This document shows positions 18,813 through 27,100 of a DNA stretch of 64,000 nt, in pieces. Source of the stretch: Acidimicrobiia bacterium (GTDB lineage: Bacteria; Actinomycetota; Acidimicrobiia; IMCC26256; JAENVU01); contig JANLRZ010000218.1 of assembly GCA_031362155.1 (NCBI GenBank), forward strand, positions 9,940 through 73,939, in the 5' to 3' direction. Each line of letters starts with the position of its first letter. Within the stretch, counting starts at the first letter, position 1. A model generated the notes under the pieces. The model did not search any database and was not told the DNA's origin. It saw nothing but the letters and a program-made list of their open reading frames with translations. The translations under genes were made by a program, and so were the position numbers.

Positions 18813-18836
18813 TTGTCGGGTTGTCGGGTTGTCGGG
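18813..18836. repeat. Tandem 8-mer (ttgtcggg) x3, preceded by a partial unit gtcggg
   Basis: Read directly: ...aatcgtcggg ttgtcggg ttgtcggg ttgtcggg gg. It ends about 58 bp upstream of the cyclase ATG (18895). Confidence 0.85.
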
Positions 18837-18894
18837 GGCGAATGCGACGCGGCGCGTGATCGGCCGACCGCGTCGCGTGCGAGACTCTGGCGCG

Positions 18895-21800
18895 ATGGCT
18901 GAAGCTCGGGTTCGGAACGATCGGTTCGCTCCGTACCTTCCGCGTCTGGTGACGGATTGGCTCCGGCAGGATCCCGACACCTTGGCCCGGGCGCTCGACG
19001 GCAGCGTGGTGTTCATCGACATCTCGGGTTTCACCAAACTTTCCGAAGGCCTTGCTCGCCAAGGCAATATCGGGGCCGAAGAGCTGGCCGCGACGATCGG
19101 TTCGACGTTCACCGATCTCCTCGCGGTGGCCTACGAGCATGGTGGGCGCCTCCTGAAGTTCGGTGGGGACGCGCTGCTGCTGCTGTTCGTTGGCGACGAC
19201 CACGCCGCTCGGGCCGCGTACTCGGCGGTGGGAATGCGCCGGTCGCTTCGTGAACGCGGCGAGCTGAGCGTCCTCGGCCAGAAGGTGCGCCTGCGGATGT
19301 CGATCGGCGCGCATACGGGAACGTTCCACTTCTTCCTGGTCGGCGAATCCCATCGGGAGCTGGTGGTGACCGGGCCCGGTACGAGCGATACGGCCGCGCT
19401 CGAAGGTGCCGCCGACGCGGGGGAGATTCTCATCAGCCCGACGATGGCACGCGAGTTCCGTGCCTCGATCCTGGGCCGCGCGAAGCCGCCGGGGATGTTG
19501 CTGCGGCGCGCGCCGACGCTGGCGGCGGAGCCGACTGGTTACGAGGTGACCCCCACCCCCGAAGACGTCGATCTCACGACCTGCATCCCGCTGGGACTGC
19601 GCGAGTCCCTGCTGGAGAACCGCGGGCCTGAGCACCGGCGAGCGACCATTGCCTTCATTCACTTCGACGGAACCGACGCCCTGATCCGAGATCTTCCCCT
19701 CGAGGAGGTCGGCCAGGCGCTCGACCAACTCGTCTCGATCGTGCAACGAGCCGTGGACCACCACGATGTGACGTTCCTGGCCAGCGATGTCGACCGCGAC
19801 GGAGGCAAGTTCATCCTGGCCGCCGGTGTGCCGACCAGCTCCGGCGACGACGAGCGCAACATGCTGTTGGCGCTCCGCGAGATCGTCGATGCCGCGCCGC
19901 GGATTCCGATTCGCATCGGCGTGAATCGCGGCCCGGTGTTCGCCGGGGACGTCGGGCCGCCGTACCGGCGGACCTACACCGTGATGGGTGATGCCGTGAA
20001 CCTGGCCGCCCGACTCATGGCGCACGCGAGCCCGGGCGAGATTCTCGCAACCCACGACGTCCTCGACCGGTCGCCCACCGCCTTCTCACTCGATGCCGTC
20101 GAGCCGTTCTTCGTGAAGGGCAAGTCCCGGCCGGTCGAGGCGTGGCGGGTCGGGCCGGTGGCGGGCGCGAGAACCGACACGACGACGCTCCGCCTCCCCT
20201 TCGTCGGGCGGGTCGACGAATTGAAACTGCTGCAAGAGGCGCGGGCGGCGGTCGTCTCCGGGACGGGCCGCTTCGTCGAGATCGTCGGAGCGGCCGGGAT
20301 GGGCAAGTCGCGGCTGATCGATGAGCTGCGGGCCACCTGCACCGATCTGATCGTGCGCGGTACCCGCTGTGAGCTCTACGAGTCGACGACGCCGTATTCG
20401 CCATGGCGGGTCATCGTGCGAGAACTCGTGGGGTTGGATCCCGTGCAGCGCGAGCCGACCGACGCCGACCAGCTGATGGAGGTGGTGCGATCGACGGCTC
20501 CCGACCTCGAGCCGTGGGCCCCCTTGCTTGCCCCCTTGGTCGACGTTCGAATAGACGAAACGCCCGAGACCTCACGACTCGAGGGCCAGTTCCGCACTGC
20601 GAAGACGGCCGACGTGGTTCGCGGCCTCGCCCAGCGAATTCTGGCCGGCCCGGTGGTGCTCGTCCTCGAGGACATACAGTGGATGGACGACGCTTCCCAC
20701 GCACTGTTGAAGGCGGTCACCACCGAGATCGAGTCCGTGCCATGGCTCGTCATCACCTCGCGGCGCAACGGCAGGCCCGACGGAGCGGAGGAAAGTGGCG
20801 CGGCGGTCACCCTCACTCTGGGGCCGTTGCACCCCGACGAGGCGGTCGCGTTGGTGAACGGCGCGACCGCGGATGCCCCGATCTCGTCCCAGGACGTCGA
20901 GTTGCTCGCGGAGCGTTCGACCGGGAACCCGCTGTTCCTCACCGAGCTCGTGGCCGCGGCGCGCTCAGCCGGCGGGGTACTGGCCCTCCCGGACTCGGTC
21001 GAGGCGTTGGTGGCGGCGAGCATCGACCGACTCCCACCGCAGGACCGCGATTTGCTCCGCCGGGTGGCGGTGCTGGGCCGATCGTTCCCCGCGGACCTGC
21101 TCGATGCGGTGCTCGATCCCGATGAACTCGACGGCTCGGCGTGGTCGCGCGTGAGTGAGCACTTGATCCGTGAGCCTTCGCGGCTCACCTTCGAGCACGC
21201 GATCGTGCGTGATTCGGCCTACGAGGGACTCGCGTACCGGTCGCGGAAAGAGTTGCACGCGAAGGTCGCCGACGCGATCCGGCGCGACGCCGACGCGAAC
21301 GGCGACGATGCCTCCGAGCTTCTCGGGCTCCACTACTTCCGCGCGGAACGCTTCGAGGAAGCGTTCGAGTACTCGCGCTCCGCCGCCGAGCAAGCTCGGG
21401 AGATCTTCGCGGATCACGAAGCTGCAGAGCTCTACGAGCGGGCGCTCGACGCCGCGCGTCGACTCGATTCCGTGTCGTCGCTGGTGCAGGGCCAGCTGCG
21501 GGAGAGCCTGGGCGACGTCCGGCACCGGTCCGGACGGTTCGCCGAGGCCGAGGTGGCCTTCCGCTCCGCACGCCGGTACGTGACCGAGGATCCCGTCGCA
21601 CAGGCTCGGCTCCAGCTGAAGCGGGCATGGATCAAGGGTTGGCTCGACCGCTATTCGGAAGCGTTGCGGGCCATCACCCGAGGGCTTCGCCTCCTCGAGC
21701 ACTCGACGAGCGATGAGGCACTCCGCCAGCGTGCGCAACTGCTGGCCTGGTACAGCCAGTTCTGTCTTTCCGGTGGCGCGCTCGGCCGCGCCATTCGTTG

Positions 21801-22701
21801 GAGCGAGCAGGCGATTGCCGCGGCGGAGGCCGCGCACGACACGGAGTCACTCGCACACGCGTTCAAAGTCCTGGGTTGGGTGCAGCTGGACCGGGGCGAT
21901 CTCGAGACGACCGCGACTCTGGAGCGAGCACTCATGCTCTACGAGGAACTCGACGACCGGCCGGGCCAGGCGAGCGTGCTGAACCTGATGGGGGGATTCG
22001 CGTACTGGCGCGGCGAGTGGGACGAGGCCCTGGACTTCTACGAGCAGGCCCGGGCGTTGGCGCGCCAGACCGGCAACACGGTGCTGGGCGCATTCTGCAC
22101 GACCAATATCGGCGAGATCGCGCTGGATCGCGGCCAACTCGATGCCGCGACCGCGTTGTTCCAGGATGCGGCGCGGGTGTGGCGGGTCGCCGGCGACCGG
22201 CCCGGCCTGGCGTTTGCGACGTTGCTGCTCGGCCGAGCACGTGGCGGGTCCGGGTACTTCGCCGAGGCCCGCCAGCTCCTCGAACAGGCGCGGGATGAGG
22301 CGCTCGGCGTGGGCTCGCAGGTGGACGCGTTGGAGGCGAATGCCCGGCTCGCTGAGTGCCGGCTCGCCGAAGGAGAGATTGCCGATGCACTCGCGATTGC
22401 CGATGCCGCGCTCACCGACGCGGCCTCGCTGGGTGGCGTCGCCGCCCAGACGCCGCTTCTCCTCCGAGTCAGGGGTCTGGCCCTGGCTTCCCTGGACCGG
22501 CGTGACGAGGCGCGGGTCGCGCTCGAGGCGAGCCTGTCGGCCGCCCGGGCGCGTCACGCGGGTTACGAAATCGCGTTGACCGTGGGTGCCTTGGCCGCGC
22601 TCAGTTCCGATGCGGCCGAGCGACGCGCGCTCGCCGCGGAGAGCCAGGAGATCCTGGCCCGGCTCGGCGTGGTGACCGAGCCGGGTCCTACCGCTCGCTG
22701 A
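18895..22701 (+). CDS. Large signalling protein: two tandem class III nucleotidyl-cyclase homology domains + AAA/STAND P-loop ATPase + C-terminal TPR-like repeats (no HTH seen)
   Basis: ATG 18895 inside ORF 18766..22701. CHD1 has VVFIDISGFTKLSE and LLKFGGDALLLLF. CHD2 has IAFIHFDGTDAL and YTVMGDAVNLAARL. P-loop EIVGAAGMGKSRL. The long C-terminal helical-repeat region is rich in A/L/E/R with repeated Y/W..G motifs. Confidence 0.85.
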   Translation: MAEARVRNDRFAPYLPRLVTDWLRQDPDTLARALDGSVVFIDISGFTKLSEGLARQGNIGAEELAATIGSTFTDLLAVAYEHGGRLLKFGGDALLLLFVGDDHAARAAYSAVGMRRSLRERGELSVLGQKVRLRMSIGAHTGTFHFFLVGESHRELVVTGPGTSDTAALEGAADAGEILISPTMAREFRASILGRAKPPGMLLRRAPTLAAEPTGYEVTPTPEDVDLTTCIPLGLRESLLENRGPEHRRATIAFIHFDGTDALIRDLPLEEVGQALDQLVSIVQRAVDHHDVTFLASDVDRDGGKFILAAGVPTSSGDDERNMLLALREIVDAAPRIPIRIGVNRGPVFAGDVGPPYRRTYTVMGDAVNLAARLMAHASPGEILATHDVLDRSPTAFSLDAVEPFFVKGKSRPVEAWRVGPVAGARTDTTTLRLPFVGRVDELKLLQEARAAVVSGTGRFVEIVGAAGMGKSRLIDELRATCTDLIVRGTRCELYESTTPYSPWRVIVRELVGLDPVQREPTDADQLMEVVRSTAPDLEPWAPLLAPLVDVRIDETPETSRLEGQFRTAKTADVVRGLAQRILAGPVVLVLEDIQWMDDASHALLKAVTTEIESVPWLVITSRRNGRPDGAEESGAAVTLTLGPLHPDEAVALVNGATADAPISSQDVELLAERSTGNPLFLTELVAAARSAGGVLALPDSVEALVAASIDRLPPQDRDLLRRVAVLGRSFPADLLDAVLDPDELDGSAWSRVSEHLIREPSRLTFEHAIVRDSAYEGLAYRSRKELHAKVADAIRRDADANGDDASELLGLHYFRAERFEEAFEYSRSAAEQAREIFADHEAAELYERALDAARRLDSVSSLVQGQLRESLGDVRHRSGRFAEAEVAFRSARRYVTEDPVAQARLQLKRAWIKGWLDRYSEALRAITRGLRLLEHSTSDEALRQRAQLLAWYSQFCLSGGALGRAIRWSEQAIAAAEAAHDTESLAHAFKVLGWVQLDRGDLETTATLERALMLYEELDDRPGQASVLNLMGGFAYWRGEWDEALDFYEQARALARQTGNTVLGAFCTTNIGEIALDRGQLDAATALFQDAARVWRVAGDRPGLAFATLLLGRARGGSGYFAEARQLLEQARDEALGVGSQVDALEANARLAECRLAEGEIADALAIADAALTDAASLGGVAAQTPLLLRVRGLALASLDRRDEARVALEASLSAARARHAGYEIALTVGALAALSSDAAERRALAAESQEILARLGVVTEPGPTAR

Positions 22702-22716
22702 GCGCGATGTTGCGGG

Positions 22717-24723
22717 TCAGCGGAATCGTGGATCGTCGTGGCCGAAGACCTGCCACGTCGTTACCAGGTCGCCGCTGCTGTTGGGCCTCGTGTCGGCCCC
22801 GGCGATGCACCACTTCTCCAACCCGGGAAGTGTTGCCGACGTGACGTTGTCGTTGCCATCGAACTGCGGGTTGATGCACCACTGGACCGGTCGGAAGGTG
22901 TTGTTGCCCGTGGGGTCGTATTCGAGCAGGAGCGGGAACGGACCGACCGGCGCCGTGGTGCTCCCGAAGGAGACGTAGCCCCGGTAATCGACGGCGGCGG
23001 CGCCACTCGGCTGGAACAGGATCGTGCCGTTCGCCGAAGACGCAGCGAGTGCATAGCGCTTGCAGTTGAACGTATCGTCGAGGCGGGTGAACGACCCGGT
23101 CACGGCGCCGTCAGTGGCAGTGACGGTTTCGTTGCTGCAAATGACCCGATAGACGGTCAGGTTCACGGTTGCGGTATTCGAGTTGGCCTGGCCGTCGTTC
23201 GCCTTGTAGGTGAAGGATGCGGGCCCGAAATAGCCGGCGGGCGGGGTGAAGGCGATGGTTCCGTCGGGGTTCGCGACGGCAGTCGCAGTGCTCGGGCTGA
23301 GGTTCCCGATGCTCGTCGGCGTCAACGTGGGGCTGTCGATGTCGGTGTCGTTCCCGAGTACGACGACGTCGGTGGTTGCGTTCTGCGGGACTTCCGCGGT
23401 GTCGTCGTTGGCGACCGGCGGGTCGTTGACCGCCGCCACGCCGACGACGATCGTTGCCGATGAAGTGGTTTGGGCGCCGTTGTCATCGGTGGCTGTGCAG
23501 GTCAGGGTCACCGTGCCGTTGAAGTTGGCGGCGGGAGTGAAGTCGATCGTGCCGTCGCCATTGTCCTGCACCGTGCCACCCGCGGCGCCGGTGCAGCTTG
23601 CCGTCAACGAGGTGCTATCGACGTCGGTGGCGATCGTGATCGTGACCTTCTGGTCTTCGTTGGTCGACGCGTTGCCGCTCTGGGCGACCGGCGCATCGTT
23701 GACCGGGGTCACGGTGATGTTCACCGTGGCGTTGGTACTCGCGATCCCGTCCGACGCGGCGTACGTGAACGAATCCGGACCGTTGTAGTTCAACGCCGGG
23801 GTGTAGGTGTACGCCCCGGTCCCTGCGAGCGCCAGCGTGCCGTGGCTCGGACCGGTGCCCAGCGTCGCAGTCAGGGGGTTGCCGTCGACGTCGGTGTCGT
23901 TCGTGAGGACGTTGCCCGATTTTGCCGTGTCCTCCGGAGTGGTCACGGTGTCATTGGTAGGGCTGGGGGGAGTGTTGGAGAGGTAGAACACGGTGTCGAA
24001 CGCCGGGTTGTTGGCGAAGTCGGCGCTGCCCTCGAGTGACACGGTGCCGACCGTGGTGGTGAGGGTGAGGGTCGTGAAGTTGAACCCGGGCTGCACCGTC
24101 CATTCACAGTTGTCGTTCGGTCCACTGTTCGGTCCGGAGCTGTTCGGCGCCGCGCACGCGTCGGTCGTGTCGCCGGGGCTCGAACTCACGGTGTAGGGAA
24201 CGGTGGTGTCGTAGCCGGGTTCGGCGGCCTGGGCCGCAGTGATCGACGTGCCGGTCAGGAGCGAGTAGTTCACGCTGGTCGAACCATTCGCCAACGTCAG
24301 CGTGACGTTGGCGTTGCCGGTCATCTCGAGGTCGAGGCGCACACCGCTGAACGAGCGCCCGGTCATGCTGGTGCCGGGCTTCAACGTCAGGCTCTCGGTC
24401 GTGTCGACCTGCGAGCAAGGTGTCCCGTTGCCGCCTTGGTTCGAGCGAACCCCCATCGAGTTGTCCGGTCCGAGGCCCGGCGCGGTCGATCCGTTCGACG
24501 CCAGGTCGATCAGAGGTTCGGCCGAGTTGATCCTGCACGAGTTCGAAGCGAGCGTGAGGTTCTGGGTCGTGCTCCCGTACTGGAAGTAGCGGCCGTCGCT
24601 TCCGAGGTGGAGACGCAGTTCGTTCGGCGCGGCGCCGCTGGTCGTGACCGCAACCATCACGCCCGCGGCCGTGGCCACCAGCATGAGCGCAGCCAGCACC
24701 CTGAATCGTTTCCCTGCAAACAC
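22717..24723 (-). CDS. Secreted protein with tandem cadherin-like/bacterial Ig-like (VCBS-type) domains, adhesin-like
   Basis: Signal peptide MFAGKRFRVLAALMLVATAAGVMVAVTTSGAAP. Repeated modules are bounded by NDAPVA / NDPPVANDD, with internal ...D.DG..LT... and F.Y.A.DG motifs. Thr/Asn/Gly-rich. Confidence 0.75.
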   Translation of the reverse strand: MFAGKRFRVLAALMLVATAAGVMVAVTTSGAAPNELRLHLGSDGRYFQYGSTTQNLTLASNSCRINSAEPLIDLASNGSTAPGLGPDNSMGVRSNQGGNGTPCSQVDTTESLTLKPGTSMTGRSFSGVRLDLEMTGNANVTLTLANGSTSVNYSLLTGTSITAAQAAEPGYDTTVPYTVSSSPGDTTDACAAPNSSGPNSGPNDNCEWTVQPGFNFTTLTLTTTVGTVSLEGSADFANNPAFDTVFYLSNTPPSPTNDTVTTPEDTAKSGNVLTNDTDVDGNPLTATLGTGPSHGTLALAGTGAYTYTPALNYNGPDSFTYAASDGIASTNATVNITVTPVNDAPVAQSGNASTNEDQKVTITIATDVDSTSLTASCTGAAGGTVQDNGDGTIDFTPAANFNGTVTLTCTATDDNGAQTTSSATIVVGVAAVNDPPVANDDTAEVPQNATTDVVVLGNDTDIDSPTLTPTSIGNLSPSTATAVANPDGTIAFTPPAGYFGPASFTYKANDGQANSNTATVNLTVYRVICSNETVTATDGAVTGSFTRLDDTFNCKRYALAASSANGTILFQPSGAAAVDYRGYVSFGSTTAPVGPFPLLLEYDPTGNNTFRPVQWCINPQFDGNDNVTSATLPGLEKWCIAGADTRPNSSGDLVTTWQVFGHDDPRFR

Positions 24724-24862
24724 GATTGCCTCCCGAATGCCCGGTGTGAGGGTCTCGACCCTAGGCGTGATGTCCGACCCGGGTCAAAGCGTAATAAACC
24801 CCGAATAGCGGGAATATCAGACATTGGCCAGGTGCTCGAAACGCGCGCGAAATAATACGAAA

Positions 24863-24880
24863 CGAAACGGTTGCGTTTCG
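24863..24880. promoter_or_regulatory. Candidate TetR operator: 7-bp perfect inverted repeat cgaaacg-gttg-cgtttcg in an A/T-rich patch upstream of the MFS-TetR operon
   Basis: Read directly at 24863-24880, flanked by a further acgaaacg half-site (24857-24864) and ttcgaaa. It lies 40 bp upstream of the MFS ATG (24920), which has an aggagga RBS. Confidence 0.45.
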
Positions 24881-24919
24881 AAAGTCGGAGGAGTAGAACC
24901 ATGTGACCCGTCCAGGAGG

Positions 24920-26530
24920 ATGCGTGTGAATCAGGTCGTGGTCGACCCGCTGCAAGAGAAGGCCTATCGCCGGCGGTGGGCGATTCTCGTCGTGCTCTGT
25001 GTCAGCTTGCTGATCATCGTGCTCGACAACTCGATCCTCAACGTCGCCATCCCGACGCTGATCAAGGAACTGGGCGCGACCAACAGCCAGGTGCAGTGGA
25101 TGGTCGACAGCTACACGCTCGTGTTCGCCGGCCTCCTGCTCACCATGGGTGCGATGGGGGACCGGTACGGTCGCCGTGGCGCCCTCCAGGTGGGCTACCT
25201 GCTGTTCGGTCTCGGGTCGCTCGCGTCGGCGTTCGCCACCACCGCGAACCAACTGATCCTGACGCGCGGCTTCATGGGCATCGGTGGCGCGCTCATCATG
25301 CCGGCGACACTCTCGATCATCACCAACGTGTTCCCGCCGCAGGAACGTGGTCGGGCGATCGGAGTGTGGGCGGGTACCGCGGGCATCGGCGTTGCGCTCG
25401 GACCTCTCACCGGTGGGTTCCTCCTCGAACACTTCTACTGGGGCTCGATCTTCCTCGTGAACCTGCCGATCGTCGCGCTTGGGATCGCCGCCGGATTCGT
25501 GCTCATCCCGACGAGTAAGGACCCGAGCGCGCCCCAGCTCGACCCGGTGGGCGCCGCACTGTCGATCGTGGCCTTGGTCGGGATCGTCTACGCGTTGATC
25601 GAAGCGCCGGACATCGGCTGGACCGCGCCCAAGACGCTCGCGGTCTTCGCCGGAGGCCTCGTCGCGCTGGGCATCTTCGTCTGGTGGGAACGTCGATCGG
25701 ATCACCCGATGCTCGATGTGCGGTTCTTCAAGAACCCGCGCTTCAGTGCGGCGAACGCGGCGATCACGCTCACGTTCTTCGCCATGTTCGGTTCGATCTT
25801 CTTGTTGACCCAGTACCTGCAGTTCACCCTCGGATACACGCCCCTCGAATCCGGCATCCGGATGCTCCCGTACGCCGGGACCATGATGGTCGTGGCGCCA
25901 CTCAGTTCGCGCGTGGTAGAGCGGTTCGGGTCCAAGGCCACCATCGCCGTCGGTCTCGGGCTCGCCGGGATCGCGCTCGTGGTCTTCGGCGGGCTGACGG
26001 TCGACTCGGACTACGGCGACATCGTGTGGCGCTTCATGATCCTCGCCGCCGGCATGGGTCTGGTGATGGCCCCGGCGACCGACTCGGTGATGGGGTCGCT
26101 CCCGCTGGCCAAGGCCGGGGTCGGGTCGGCGGTCAACGACACGACCCGTCAGGTCGGTGGCGCACTCGGTGTCGCGATCATCGGCAGTGTCGTGTCATCG
26201 GTCTACGGCAGCAAGATCGCCGACTTCTTTGCCGGTACCTCTGCGCCCGATGCGGCGGTTGAAGGGGCGAAGAACTCGCTCGGCGGTGCCTTCGGCGTCG
26301 CTCAGCAACTTGGCTCGAGCGGTCGGCCGAACGCCCAACAGCTTTCGGCGGAACTGATCGAGACCGCGAACGAGGCGTTCGTCGAAGCGTTCCGCTGGGG
26401 GACTCGGGTCGGCGCGGTCGCACTTGCCATCGGGGTGGTCATCGTCGTCCGGTTCCTGCCCGCGCGTGCCAGTGCCGCGAACATTGCCGAGCAGACCAAC
26501 GACCTCGCGGCAGAGGGCGCAGTCGGGTGA
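24920..26530 (+). CDS. MFS drug/H+ antiporter, DHA2 (14-TMS, EmrB/QacA-like)
   Basis: ATG 24920 preceded by aggagga. Motifs LDNSILNVAIPTL and GAMGDRYGRRG; length about 536 aa, consistent with 14 TMS. The stop overlaps the TetR start (GTGA 26527-26530). Confidence 0.85.
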   Translation: MRVNQVVVDPLQEKAYRRRWAILVVLCVSLLIIVLDNSILNVAIPTLIKELGATNSQVQWMVDSYTLVFAGLLLTMGAMGDRYGRRGALQVGYLLFGLGSLASAFATTANQLILTRGFMGIGGALIMPATLSIITNVFPPQERGRAIGVWAGTAGIGVALGPLTGGFLLEHFYWGSIFLVNLPIVALGIAAGFVLIPTSKDPSAPQLDPVGAALSIVALVGIVYALIEAPDIGWTAPKTLAVFAGGLVALGIFVWWERRSDHPMLDVRFFKNPRFSAANAAITLTFFAMFGSIFLLTQYLQFTLGYTPLESGIRMLPYAGTMMVVAPLSSRVVERFGSKATIAVGLGLAGIALVVFGGLTVDSDYGDIVWRFMILAAGMGLVMAPATDSVMGSLPLAKAGVGSAVNDTTRQVGGALGVAIIGSVVSSVYGSKIADFFAGTSAPDAAVEGAKNSLGGAFGVAQQLGSSGRPNAQQLSAELIETANEAFVEAFRWGTRVGAVALAIGVVIVVRFLPARASAANIAEQTNDLAAEGAVG

Positions 26531-27096
26531 ACGCGGCGGTGGGCGGTCGGCCGCGGAGTGCCGAGGCCGATGCGGCGATTCTCGCGGCCGCGTCCGACGT
26601 GTTCTGCGAGGTGGGATACGAAGGCCTGTCGATGGAGTGTGTTGCGAATCGTGCGGGGGTGGGCAAGACGACGATTTACCGTCGCTACCCGACCAAGCTC
26701 GACCTGGTGATGGCCACGGTCGAACAGCTCAGCGCGGGGACGGTCCTGACCCCGGACACCGGTCATCTCCGGTCGGATCTGATCGCCCTTGGTCAACGCC
26801 TCCACGCGATGTTCACCGAGTCCAACGCGGGCAAGGCCATTCCGATGACGCTGGCCGCGAAGGCGCGCAATCCCGAGCTCGCGGTGGCCCACGAGGCCTT
26901 CGTGCTCGGCCGACGCGCCGCAACGGTCGAGGTCATCCAGCGGGGCATCGATCGGGGCGAGCTGGCTGCTGATGCTGATCCGTGGGTCATTGCCGACCTC
27001 GTCACCGGCGCGATCTTCATGCGGGTCTTCGTGACCGGCCAGGAGGTCACCGACGCCTACCTCGAAGCGATGATCGACCAGGTGCTCGGTCCCTGA
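26527..27096 (+). CDS. TetR/AcrR-family transcriptional regulator
   Basis: N-terminal HTH ILAAASDVFCEVGYEGLSMECVANRAGVGKTTIYRRYPTK. Translationally coupled to the MFS pump. Confidence 0.85.
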   Translation: MNAAVGGRPRSAEADAAILAAASDVFCEVGYEGLSMECVANRAGVGKTTIYRRYPTKLDLVMATVEQLSAGTVLTPDTGHLRSDLIALGQRLHAMFTESNAGKAIPMTLAAKARNPELAVAHEAFVLGRRAATVEVIQRGIDRGELAADADPWVIADLVTGAIFMRVFVTGQEVTDAYLEAMIDQVLGP

Positions 27097-27100
27097 CCGG

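Noticed and set aside
18013-20055. 680-aa minus-strand ORF spanning the dapA 3' end, the repeat region and the cyclase 5' part
   Set aside because: It is antisense to two well-supported genes. The translation is Arg/Gly/Pro/His-rich with no motifs. This is the typical long shadow ORF of GC-rich DNA.
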